A stretch of DNA of 64,000 bases from Ostreococcus lucimarinus (lineage: Eukaryota). The first letter of the stretch is position 1, and every line of letters starts with the position of its first letter. Shown here piece after piece: positions 36,516-45,649 of the stretch. The position numbers and the translations under genes are program-made. The stretch lies in NCBI GenBank assembly GCA_000092065.1, contig CP000589.1. One strand, 5' to 3'. The notes below the pieces were generated by a model. That model saw nothing but the letters and a program-made list of their open reading frames with translations, was not told the DNA's origin and did no database searches.

Positions 36516-37055
36516 ATGTATAGGATGAATGAGAAACCGAAGGATCCGTTACAGTGGTTGCTGGATTACTTTGAACGCGATCAGAGGGAGCATATACGAC
36601 GCGCGGAGGAGACGGCGGAGACGTATCGCTCAGAGTTGCTGAGAGCGGAACAAGAGCGGGATTCGTTGATCGCGAAGATGGAAGTGATGCGGCAAAAGGT
36701 GAGCAATTTGGAGCGCACGGTGCAGGAGCTTCGCGACGGAGGGCGCAAGCACGTCGTGGGAGTGTACGGTGGGGAGGAGATGCCCACGGGGGCCGACGCA
36801 CCCGCGCCCGCCGAAAAGGAGAACGACAAAAAGGAGAAGAAGGAGAAGAAAGAGAAGAAGGAGAAGAAGGAGAAGAAAGAGAAGAAAGAGAAGAAGGAAA
36901 AGGAGAGCGCGGCGAGGCCTCCATCCGATGATGAGTTTTTCGGCAACTCGAAGGAAACCTTCGGGTCGATGAAAATGAAGACGACTCCCGATATGTTCGA
37001 CGACAGCGACAGCTCAAGCCTACCGAAACAACAATCTCTTCGCGATCAAGTGTAA
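36516..37055 (+). CDS. RIIa/DPY-30-like dimerisation-motif coiled-coil protein with (KEKKE)n repeat
   Basis: PKDPLQWLLDYFERDQREHIRR is a DPY-30/RIIa-like motif, followed by a coiled coil and KEKKEKKEKKEKKEKKEKKEKKEK. The listed ORF opens on GTG at 36369. An ATG-only first exon at 36184 plus a 173-nt intron is possible. Confidence 0.5.
   Translation: MYRMNEKPKDPLQWLLDYFERDQREHIRRAEETAETYRSELLRAEQERDSLIAKMEVMRQKVSNLERTVQELRDGGRKHVVGVYGGEEMPTGADAPAPAEKENDKKEKKEKKEKKEKKEKKEKKEKKEKESAARPPSDDEFFGNSKETFGSMKMKTTPDMFDDSDSSSLPKQQSLRDQV
36829..36900 (+). repeat. Hexanucleotide-based AAGGAG/AAGAAG tandem repeat encoding (KEKKE)n
   Basis: aaggagaagaaggagaagaaagagaagaaggagaagaaggagaagaaagagaagaaagagaagaag. 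Confidence 0.85.
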
Positions 37056-37297
37056 TCGTGTATGTATTCTCAAGCTAAACGATCCGTTCGTGTGCGTCGC
37101 CATCGCTCGGTCGTTTTTTGTGCGGGCGCACGAGTGCCGCCACGACGGGCGCGGGAAAAAGAAGGTAAGAGTGTGTATGGGCAAGCGGTACGCGAACGGC
37201 ACCCGTTTGAACGGCACCGATGTGAAAATGTCTGTTCGCGAAATGTCTGTTCGCGGCGGGACGCGGCGAAGGGAAACTAATGTAAAACGACAAGAGG

Positions 37298-40200
37298 CTA
37301 GGTGTACAGTGAATCGGCGAAGACGATGCCGTGGCGCAGACTCTCCGCGCCTTGCTCGAACTTTTTCGCCAAGCCGTCGTCGCCGACGGCGACGCACGAG
37401 CGATGTAATTCCATCATGAGTTCGTCCAGGCGACGCATGGCGCGAATGATGGTGCCCTCGAATAGATCTGTCTTTTTGACGATTTCGGAAAACGGTTCGC
37501 CTTTGGCCCAGCAGTACACGATTTCGACCATGGTTGGCTTGAATGATTCGACGAAGTCGTCGACTTCGATGTCGATTTTACACTCTTTTTGTACGTTGCC
37601 AATTTCTCGAGCGGCGTCCTGAAGGGCTTTGAGCGGCTTCGCGAGCGCCTTTGCGGATTTATCCATGTTCGATGTGTTGCTTTTCTCTACGGGCATGAAG
37701 CACGACGCCAAGGCAACGAGCTCGTGAGGGCTTAGACCGGCGAATACGCCATTGAACATGAGCTCGGTGACTAGGAGTTCGTCAGCGGTGTCGATTTCGC
37801 ACGCGGCGCGACCTTTCGTCAAAACGACGCCATCATTGTCGATGTGCCCGAGTTTCTTCAAAACTCGACTTCGCGCGCTCAAATCGTCGCGGAACTTTGT
37901 CAACTCGCTCGATTGAATCTGTGTCTCCAGTCTCGACGCTTCAGCGAGGAGCTCTGATTTCTGCTCGATGACGTCGATTTTTGCCGTCATTTCGCTGCGC
38001 TCGAGCGCATCCGCTTCGCTGTACAACGCGTGCGAGTGGAACTTGTCGCGTAACGCGCCAAGTGAACGGTATGTGCGCACAAATGCGACGTCATTAATCC
38101 CCATATCATCGACAGGATGTATTTGCGGAATCACCTGGCCTTTTTCGGTGAGTTTCTTCGTAACAGTTTCGACGGCAATCCAAACGCTTTCGCGCGCTTC
38201 TTTCGTGCGCAAATCACCTGGAAGCGTGAAGCGCATCGCGCTAATAGCATCAACGAGATGTGTGCCCACAGGTACGATTTCCGTTGTGTTCATCTTCAGA
38301 TTCTTTGCGTCCGCAGGCGCAAGTCTACCCTCTGCCGCGCCTGGACCGCAACGAAGCAAACAGTCGAGCACGTGTACGTCGCCACCCTTCGCATCTTTAA
38401 CTGTGGAAACTTGGATGACAACACCCCACCCCCAATTCGTGTCGCCATCTCTTATGCGAACTAGTCTACCCGAAGTGAAGAATCGCAAGCAGTTTGCCGG
38501 TTGGAGCATCGTGCGCAAGACCACTTTCTCGGCTTCGCGATAATCGCGTCTGAGTTTGATATACTCTTGAATCTCTTCGCTACCCACCGACTTTATCTTC
38601 GCCGCCTCCTGTTGTACTTCAGTGAGCCGAGCCTTTAATTCTGGTAACTGTTTGGCGTGCTGAAACTGATGAAACGAGCGAGCGATGACGTACTCTGCGT
38701 CAATCGTCCCCGTCGCGCGTTTTAAGAGGTTCAAAATACTGTAATAACTCAGCTTAAACTCTGAGTTCAACGGCTGCGGCTTCCCAAGAATCATCTCCTT
38801 CATCGCGTGTTCTTCCATGCGCTCATCGCACATGACGATGCAGATACCACGGTCGTCTTTACCACGTCGACCAGCTCGGCCGGACATTTGCGTATACTCT
38901 CCGGGCGCGAGAACGCGCATATCGGTGCCATCAAACTTTTTAACAGCGGTGAAAATGACGGTTCTCGCCGGCATATTCAGTCCCATGGCGAACGTCTCAG
39001 TTGCAAATAAGCACTTAATCAGCGACTCGCCGAACAGAATTTCTATGAGCTCCTTCAAAACCGGAAGTAAACCACTGTGATGAATGCCGATGCCCGCCTC
39101 GAGCAATGGCAAAATCGCTTGCACCGCCGTCAACTGACGGTCTTCTTCGGACAAATTCAGCAGTGCGGCGTTGTACACCTCACGAACCTGCTCAGCCTCC
39201 TCGGGAGTGTTGAAATTCAATTTTGACACGAATTTGGCGTACTCTTCGCACTCGCGTCGGCTAAAACTAAACACGATGACGGGGAAGAAGGTTTTCTCCT
39301 TCACCATACGCACGATGCGCAAAATATCGGCGTCCGCCATCGACCCGCCGCCGCGACCGCCACCGCCACCGCCACGACCGCCGCCGCCGCCGCGTGCGCG
39401 TCCACCGCCACGACCGCGACCGCGACCGCCGCCTCCTGAACCACCGCTCTTCTCAGCCCCATCCGCGATCGCCTGCTGCAACCTCGCAAAATTGTCCGAA
39501 CGAAACTGACTCTGCTCGTTGACGACTAAATGTAAACCGCTCCCGCCCTTGGGAAACGCGTAATGCTGCAGCGGCGTCGGTCGATGATCCGTGTACACCA
39601 CGTGACACGGATGATTATGTAAGCTCGTCACCCACTGCGCGAACTCGAGCGCATTCGGCAGCGTGGCGCTCAAAAACACCAACCGCGCGTCCTTCGGCGC
39701 AAAGATGATCGACTCTTCCCACACCACCCCGCGTTCTCTGTCCCGCATGTAATGCACCTCGTCGAACACGATCCACTTCACCTCGCGAATTACGTCCCCG
39801 CCTCGATATAACATCGACCGCAGCACCTCCGTCGTCATCACGATGCACGTACTATTCGGATTAATCGACGCGTCCCCCGTCATCAACCCGACGTCGCCGA
39901 ATTCCTCGCTCAACTCCCGATACTTTTGATTACTCAGCGCCTTCAACGGCGACGTATATATCACCCGCTGTTTATCCCGAAACGCCATCGCGATCGCGTA
40001 TTCCGCCACCACCGTCTTCCCCGCCGACGTGTGCGCGGCGACGAGCACGCTTTCGTTTCGTTCCAGCACCGCCGTCGCCGCGCGCTGAAACGCGTCCAGC
40101 TCGAACGGGTACTCCTTCGCCCTCGCGCCGTCGTACCGCGGGTCCCGCAGCGCTTTCACGTCGCCGACCCAGTCTCGCGGCACCGCGACTTCGTGCACGC

Positions 40201-40369
40201 AGCTCGTCCTCGCGCGCGCGCGCGCGTCGCCGTCGTCGTCGCCGCCGCCGTCCGCGATTCCATCCGCCGCCGCCTCCGTCGCCTTGCGTCGCTTCGCCGC
40301 GTCGCGCGCGCGCGCCGAGTGTTCGGACGCGCGCGCGTTCGCGCACTCGAGCTCGGCCGTCGCGGACAT
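37298..40369 (-). CDS. Ski2/Mtr4-like DExH-box RNA helicase (exosome cofactor) with GAR insert and DSHCT C-terminus
   Basis: Helicase motifs (AHTSAGKTVVAEYAI; DEVHYMRD), an internal GGRGRGRGGGRARGGGGGRGGGGGGRGGG (Gly/Arg-rich, GAR) tract, an arch/KOW-like region and a DSHCT-like C-terminus. Start taken at ATG 40367-40369 (MSATAELE...); the ORF listed to 40615 is Arg-rich upstream. Confidence 0.85.
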   Translation of the reverse strand: MSATAELECANARASEHSARARDAAKRRKATEAAADGIADGGGDDDGDARARARTSCVHEVAVPRDWVGDVKALRDPRYDGARAKEYPFELDAFQRAATAVLERNESVLVAAHTSAGKTVVAEYAIAMAFRDKQRVIYTSPLKALSNQKYRELSEEFGDVGLMTGDASINPNSTCIVMTTEVLRSMLYRGGDVIREVKWIVFDEVHYMRDRERGVVWEESIIFAPKDARLVFLSATLPNALEFAQWVTSLHNHPCHVVYTDHRPTPLQHYAFPKGGSGLHLVVNEQSQFRSDNFARLQQAIADGAEKSGGSGGGGRGRGRGGGRARGGGGGRGGGGGGRGGGSMADADILRIVRMVKEKTFFPVIVFSFSRRECEEYAKFVSKLNFNTPEEAEQVREVYNAALLNLSEEDRQLTAVQAILPLLEAGIGIHHSGLLPVLKELIEILFGESLIKCLFATETFAMGLNMPARTVIFTAVKKFDGTDMRVLAPGEYTQMSGRAGRRGKDDRGICIVMCDERMEEHAMKEMILGKPQPLNSEFKLSYYSILNLLKRATGTIDAEYVIARSFHQFQHAKQLPELKARLTEVQQEAAKIKSVGSEEIQEYIKLRRDYREAEKVVLRTMLQPANCLRFFTSGRLVRIRDGDTNWGWGVVIQVSTVKDAKGGDVHVLDCLLRCGPGAAEGRLAPADAKNLKMNTTEIVPVGTHLVDAISAMRFTLPGDLRTKEARESVWIAVETVTKKLTEKGQVIPQIHPVDDMGINDVAFVRTYRSLGALRDKFHSHALYSEADALERSEMTAKIDVIEQKSELLAEASRLETQIQSSELTKFRDDLSARSRVLKKLGHIDNDGVVLTKGRAACEIDTADELLVTELMFNGVFAGLSPHELVALASCFMPVEKSNTSNMDKSAKALAKPLKALQDAAREIGNVQKECKIDIEVDDFVESFKPTMVEIVYCWAKGEPFSEIVKKTDLFEGTIIRAMRRLDELMMELHRSCVAVGDDGLAKKFEQGAESLRHGIVFADSLYT
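39343..39440. repeat. GC-rich (GGN)n low-complexity tract encoding the Gly/Arg GAR insert of the Ski2/Mtr4-like helicase
   Basis: cgaccgccaccgccaccgccacgaccgccgccgccgccgcgtgcgcgtccaccgccacgaccgcgaccgcgaccgccgcctcc. Confidence 0.8.
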
Positions 40370-40513
40370 CGCGCGCGTCGCGCGCGCGCGTGCCGCGCGC
40401 GCGCGTCGACGAATGTCGCCGACACTCGCCGACGCGACGTTCGGCGTCGCGCGCGCGCGCGCGCGCCGCGGCGACGCCGACGCGCTCGCGGCGACGCGCG
40501 ACCGTCGCGCGCG

Positions 40514-40939
40514 ATGTCGGACGACGACGCGTCGTCGGACGGCGAGGTGTACGCGAACGGCGTCGCGTTCGCGCGCGCGGCGTCCTGGCTCGGCGCGGCG
40601 TCGACGCTCACGCACGACGCGTTCGCGGCGGTGGAGACGCGCGAGAGCGCGCGCGAGGCCGCGGCGCGCGCGCCGCGGTTAGGGCTGGGGGCGACGCGGT
40701 CGAGGGCGAAGGCGACGTGGGAGGAGACGGCGAATCAGGGGGCGACGGCGACGGCGCTGCGCAAGGCGTTGGCGCGAGGACGGCGAGAGGGCGACGGCGA
40801 TGGGAAGCGCGAAAGGGATCGGGCCGCGCGCGAAGAGAGCGAAAGCGAGAGTGAGGACGATCGGTCGAGGGCGGTGGCGCGGGAGAAGAAACGGAAGGGT
40901 AAGATTGGCGTGTACGGCGGAGGGAAACGCGCGAAGTGA
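40514..40939 (+). CDS. Small hypothetical protein (141 aa) with acidic middle and KRKGKIGVYGGGKRAK tail
   Basis: Sits in the 3' part of a long antisense-looking ORF (39926..40939) but has high GC3 and two TGTAA signals just after its stop (40953, 40968). Low confidence. Confidence 0.3.
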   Translation: MSDDDASSDGEVYANGVAFARAASWLGAASTLTHDAFAAVETRESAREAAARAPRLGLGATRSRAKATWEETANQGATATALRKALARGRREGDGDGKRERDRAAREESESESEDDRSRAVAREKKRKGKIGVYGGGKRAK

Positions 40940-41002
40940 CGGCGAGAACGAAGAACGCCGTGTAATGCTACTGTTGTGTAATGTGATTTGAATGGTCCTA
41001 CT

Positions 41003-42847
41003 TCACACGTCGATTGGTTTGTGCACGACGTACTCGACGTCACCGGCGTCGTTGGCGACGGACTCGACTCCGACGCGCTCGAGCAACCGCTCGCTCGCCG
41101 GAACGCGAAGGGCGAGTAGACTCCACGCGAGCACCTCGCAGTCTGCCTCGGAGTACTCGTCCAAATATCGTTCGATGACGTCATCTAATATGTTCTTCAC
41201 GCGCGCGTCGTCTTCGTCGAAGACGAAGTGCAGACGCGCCAGAGATTGAAGGATGGTTTTCGTCTCGAGCGCGGAAGCGATCGGCGCGACGTCGAGGTAC
41301 GCGTACGCGGCCATGCGCGAGGTGTCTTCACCGATATCGTACTCCGCCGCCGCGAACGACCAAAGCATTAACGTGAGGTTTTGAGGCTTCTCCGCGTAAC
41401 CCGAAACGTCGGCGCGAAACCTGTCTCGCGCGAGTTCCAAGAGCTTTGGATTCGTCACGCGAAGCGACGTGAGCGCGTGCATCGTCGGCGCCAACTCGAA
41501 AGGCGCGAACGCGTGCACAGACCGCTGAACCGCACCGCCCAGCGCGTCAAGAAACGTTGAATGAATGTATACGTTATCCTCGCTCGGTCGCATGGTGTTC
41601 AACGACCACGCAATCATTAGAAGAGCGCGTTGGTTGAGGGTGTCGATTTCTTTCGCCAGCGTCTTGCACGCCACGTCGTGGTAATCGCCATCGGCAAAAC
41701 CGACGTGTTCGGCACCGAGCCTGGCGACGGCGTACATATTCATCGCGATATCGCGCGAAGCCACTTTTTCGCCACGATCGAGTTTTGCGCGAGTGACAAA
41801 GTGCAACTCATCCGTGTGCTTCGTCGACACCAAACCGCTCTTCAACGCGTCCATCTTCGCGTAGCTCCACAACAGCGCTGAAACAGCCGCAAAGGGCGTC
41901 GATTCGTCGACTTGCATGATGTGTGAGAATGATGCGATGACTCGCTCCGTTAAAATATCCGTCGCCTTCGCCGAGACAACGTCGTGCAAGATGAACGACA
42001 CTTGCATCGGCGAAAATGCCACCGCGTTATGCGACGCCACGTTCACGAGCGAGGCGATGAAATCCATCGGCACGGGCTCGCCCGTGATTTTATGAATCGC
42101 GATCACGTGCTTCAGCGCCCGACACAGCGTCGCCGCCCCTCGCTTGTCCTTGGCCGAATCCCACTCGACGAAGACGCTCGCCGCCGCGGCGCTCGCGACG
42201 CGCGCAAACTCTCGAAGCGCCCGCATATCCTCCGAGTCCTCGCGCACGTCCCGCCGCCGCCAATAGTTCTCCACGCCCCAAATCGCGCTCGTCACGTCCC
42301 TCGCCGCCGTCGAAGCTTCCCGCTCGCGTTCGATCCGCGCCGCCGCCGCGCGCAGCAACGTAGTCGCCGGCGCGTCGAATCGCGCGCGAGCGGAATCGTG
42401 AAACGCCCGCGCCAACGCCCTCAAACTCATCGTCCCAGACGCGCTTTCGAACGCGTCGCGCAGCTTCGCCGCCAGCGCCTTCCCTCCTTCGCCTTCGAAC
42501 GCGTCGCGAGCGTCCGCCGCGTCGACGCTTCGCAGCGCCGCGAGCGCCGCCGCCGCGCTCACCGCGCTCGTCTCCAACGCCGCGCGGTGCAGCGCGTCCA
42601 CCGTGCGCGCGGTCGCGAACGCCTCGAGGCCTCCGTCGCGATCGATCGCGCGCGCGCGTCGTCGGCGTTCGCGCTTTCGCGCGAGGAGTTCGTCCAAGTT
42701 TAACGACTTTTCGTCGCCGTCTTCACGACCGAGCGACGCGCGCGCGACGTCCGCGCTCGAACCGACGGACGCGCGCGCGACGCCGACGCGCGGCGACGCC
42801 GCGACGCCGCGCGAGGCGGCGGCGCGACGGGCGATTCGAGCGAACAT
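41003..42847 (-). CDS. Organelle-targeted helical-repeat RNA-binding-like protein (FASTK/RAP/OPR-like)
   Basis: Presequence-like N-terminus MFARIARRAAASRGVAASP... followed by repeated ~35-40 aa helical units with conserved W/L positions (ALLWSYAKMD, MIAWSLNTM, LMLWSFAAAEY, VLAWSLLALRV). The family call is from pattern only. Confidence 0.4.
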   Translation of the reverse strand: MFARIARRAAASRGVAASPRVGVARASVGSSADVARASLGREDGDEKSLNLDELLARKRERRRRARAIDRDGGLEAFATARTVDALHRAALETSAVSAAAALAALRSVDAADARDAFEGEGGKALAAKLRDAFESASGTMSLRALARAFHDSARARFDAPATTLLRAAAARIEREREASTAARDVTSAIWGVENYWRRRDVREDSEDMRALREFARVASAAAASVFVEWDSAKDKRGAATLCRALKHVIAIHKITGEPVPMDFIASLVNVASHNAVAFSPMQVSFILHDVVSAKATDILTERVIASFSHIMQVDESTPFAAVSALLWSYAKMDALKSGLVSTKHTDELHFVTRAKLDRGEKVASRDIAMNMYAVARLGAEHVGFADGDYHDVACKTLAKEIDTLNQRALLMIAWSLNTMRPSEDNVYIHSTFLDALGGAVQRSVHAFAPFELAPTMHALTSLRVTNPKLLELARDRFRADVSGYAEKPQNLTLMLWSFAAAEYDIGEDTSRMAAYAYLDVAPIASALETKTILQSLARLHFVFDEDDARVKNILDDVIERYLDEYSEADCEVLAWSLLALRVPASERLLERVGVESVANDAGDVEYVVHKPIDV

Positions 42848-42914
42848 GACGAGGTGTGCGGCGGCGAGGCGACGAACGCGGCTTCGCGAGCGAAAACGTA
42901 ATCACTTCTATCCC

Positions 42915-43560
42915 TTACAAAGCGTGGTCGATCAATCCGAAATCTATCGCTTCGTCCACGCCCATATACGTGTCGCGCGCCATCATCGCCTCCAACTCGT
43001 CCGCGTCGCGCCCGGTGTACTTGGCGATGAAACCGACTTGCGCCTTCGCGTTTCTGTTCAACTCCGTGGCTTGAATCTTCACCTCGATGGACGTCCCCGC
43101 CAACCCCCCGAGCGGTTGACTGAGCACGATTCTCGCGCTCGACATCCCATATCTCTTCCCCTTATCCCCCGCCGCGACGAGCATCACCGGCGGTCCCGCC
43201 ACGCACCCGAGCGCGACGGTGCTCACCGGGCACGACACGTACTCCATCGTGTCCAAGATGGCCGTCACGCAATACTGCGTCCCCGCCACGCAGTTCACCC
43301 ACACGCGAATCTCCCCCTCGGGATCCTCCGATTCGAGCTGCAACAATCGCGCGCACGTCTCCGCGGCGACTTGCTCGTCGATCCGCGTCCCCAGGAACAC
43401 GATGCGGTCTCGCGCGAGCGCGCCGAAGACGTCCTCGCCGCCGCCGCGCCCGTCCGGCACCATCACCGGCACCGTCTCCGGCCCGCTCGTGATCGCGCCC
43501 GGTGGCGCGTGCGGTCGACGCGCGCGCGTCGTTCGCGTCGTTCGCATCCCTCGCGTCCCT

Positions 43561-43604
<44 letters not shown>

Positions 43605-43610
43605 GCGCAT
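42915..43610 (-). CDS. clpR: ClpR-type (catalytically inactive) Clp protease subunit, plastid
   Basis: ClpP fold with VFLGTRIDEQVAAETCARLLQLE... but the catalytic Ser is replaced (ALGCVAGPPVMLVAAG instead of G-x-A-A-S-M-G) and His is replaced (RIVLSQP instead of IHQP). The N-terminus has poly-Thr; the start may instead be at 43547. The stop TAA lies inside a TGTAA. Confidence 0.8.
43563..43602. repeat. (GTC/GAC)13 trinucleotide repeat (poly-Thr if translated on the minus strand)
   Basis: cgtcgtcgtcgtcgtcgtcgtcgtcgtcgtcgtcgtcgtcg. Confidence 0.9.
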
Positions 43611-43918
43611 GATGGATGCGAAACCCTACGCCCGTTCGCCGCGTCTTCGCGCGTCTTCGCGCGTCTTCGTCACCGCGTTCGCGCGTCTTCGTCACCGCGG
43701 TCGCGCGTTCGCGTCGCGCGTCCTCGTCTCGCGCGCGCTCGACCGTCGCGCGCGCGCGTCGCGGTGTGCGCGCCGGACGCGCGCGCGCGGGGGTCGCGGC
43801 GAGACCGACGACACGAAGCGACAACACGGACCATCCGAGCGCCCGATGGTGTTGGCGCGCGCGCGACCGCGACGGCGCGCCGGACGCGCGCGCGCGACGG
43901 CGACGCGACCGCGGCATG

Positions 43919-45616
43919 GACGCGCCGCACGCGCCGCGCGAACGGCGACCGCGACGCGACCTCGCGTGGTCGGCGGCGTTCCTGACGACGATCGGACTCG
44001 CGCTCGCGCTCGGCATCGCGGCGACGGCGACGACGACGACGACGCGCGACGCGAGGGACGCGCGCGCGCGGTGGACGGACGTGCGCGACGGAGGCGCGTG
44101 CTTGGTCGGGGACGAAAGCGCGTGGCGCGAGACGCTGGCGACGAACGCGGCGAGGATCGAGACGACGACGGGACGCGCGGCGAGCGCGCTGGGCCTGGGC
44201 GCGGCGAAAGGGCTGGGACGACGGTCGTCGGTGTTCTTGGGACGGCTGGGCGCGAACGAGAGCGCGGTGGAGGGAGATGACGACGGCGAGACGCTCGCGG
44301 ACGGCGCGGCGGTGATGCGAAGGTTCGCGCCGTGGGCGGCGAGCGCGTTCGCGGCGTCGTTCGCGCTCGGCGCGGGGCTGATGTACGCGCTGAAGAATCA
44401 CGCGCGCAGGGTGGTTTGGGGGGTGATGATCGCCGAGGTGGGGTTGATGGCGGCGTACACGCTGTACGCGATGATGACGCTCGATGGGAATTGGGTGCTG
44501 TTGTTGGTTTTCACGCTGCTCTCGGCGCTCGTGGCGTACACGTGGAGGGACGAGTTGAACTTGGTGGCGTCGATGATTTCTGTGTCGACGATTAGCTTGT
44601 CGGATAACCCGCACCTGGTGACGGTGACGATCGGTTTGCAGTGTCTCGTGATGGCGTTCGTGGCGCCGATGGCGTGGTTCGCCGTCCAGGCGTCGCAGCA
44701 CGGCTCGGCGATTATCAACCAATACGCCACCGAATTCAGTAACGACGCGTGCACTGGGTATTACGGTCAATCCGTCGATTGTTGCAAGTGGAACATCGAC
44801 AGTTGGGTGGGGCCTTATTACGCGCTCGTCGTCATAGCGTGCGTGTGGTTCACGTCGTGCGCGCTCGAAGCGCGCATGTACGTCATCGGAGGCGTCGTCT
44901 CGCAGTGGTACTTTGCCCCGGCCGGGACAAAGAGTTTCAAGGGCACGACGAGAACGTCCGTGAGTAACGCGTACGGACCGTCGTTTGGGACGATTGCGTA
45001 CGGCGGCTTCGTGATCACCGTCGTCGAAATAATTCGAAGCATGGCGAACAAGTCTCGCCGGGAACGCAACAATTACGGCAACCCGCTTTGTTGCCTCTTT
45101 TACGCGATGCTGGACTGCATCTTTGCCGTTATCGAGTACCTCAGTCGATTTGCCATGATTCAGGCTTCGATCACCGGCGAAGCGTTTTGCGATGCCGCGA
45201 GGAGCATCAACGATCTCCTCAAAAGAAACTTTCTCTTGGCGTACGGCGCGTACGCCTTTCCGAAACATATTTTGGGCTTCCTCGTCTTCGTCTTGGCCGC
45301 CCTTCTCGGCTACTGCGTCAACATTTTGAGCAAGCACGTCTTCGCCGCGAACTCCCTCGGCGCGATCGTCAACGGAATCGGCTCCTTCTTCATCGCTTAC
45401 ATCGTCCTCAGCTTCTTCGTCATGATTTTGCTCAACTGCGTCGACGCCGTCTTCGTCTGTTACGCCTTGGACAAGGATCGCGCCGCGGTGCACCATCCAG
45501 ACTTGCACAAAGTCTTCGACGAGGTCACGCGCAAGCAGCGCGCGATCGAAGAGTCCGATGCGGAGGGTATGGAAGAGCCATTGATCTCGGGCAAGCCCAA
45601 GTACGCGTCCATGTAG
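43919..45616 (+). CDS. Choline transporter-like (CTL/SLC44, Pns1) family membrane protein
   Basis: ~10 TM protein with conserved CTL C-terminal region (NAYGPSFGTIAYGGFVITVVEIIR...). The ORF opens at ATG 43616 but its first ~100 aa are Arg/Ala-rich; MDAPHAPRERR at 43919 is an alternative start. TGTAA at 45632. Confidence 0.65.
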   Translation, partial: DAPHAPRERRPRRDLAWSAAFLTTIGLALALGIAATATTTTTRDARDARARWTDVRDGGACLVGDESAWRETLATNAARIETTTGRAASALGLGAAKGLGRRSSVFLGRLGANESAVEGDDDGETLADGAAVMRRFAPWAASAFAASFALGAGLMYALKNHARRVVWGVMIAEVGLMAAYTLYAMMTLDGNWVLLLVFTLLSALVAYTWRDELNLVASMISVSTISLSDNPHLVTVTIGLQCLVMAFVAPMAWFAVQASQHGSAIINQYATEFSNDACTGYYGQSVDCCKWNIDSWVGPYYALVVIACVWFTSCALEARMYVIGGVVSQWYFAPAGTKSFKGTTRTSVSNAYGPSFGTIAYGGFVITVVEIIRSMANKSRRERNNYGNPLCCLFYAMLDCIFAVIEYLSRFAMIQASITGEAFCDAARSINDLLKRNFLLAYGAYAFPKHILGFLVFVLAALLGYCVNILSKHVFAANSLGAIVNGIGSFFIAYIVLSFFVMILLNCVDAVFVCYALDKDRAAVHHPDLHKVFDEVTRKQRAIEESDAEGMEEPLISGKPKYASM

Positions 45617-45649
45617 AGCGCCCGCCGCGTGTAAAACAACTCAGTAACA

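Noticed and set aside
39926-40939. Plus-strand 337-aa ORF 39926..40939 as a single gene
   Set aside because: Its 5' two-thirds is antisense to the Ski2/Mtr4-like helicase and Arg-rich. Only the 3' 141 codons are retained, as a low-confidence small gene.
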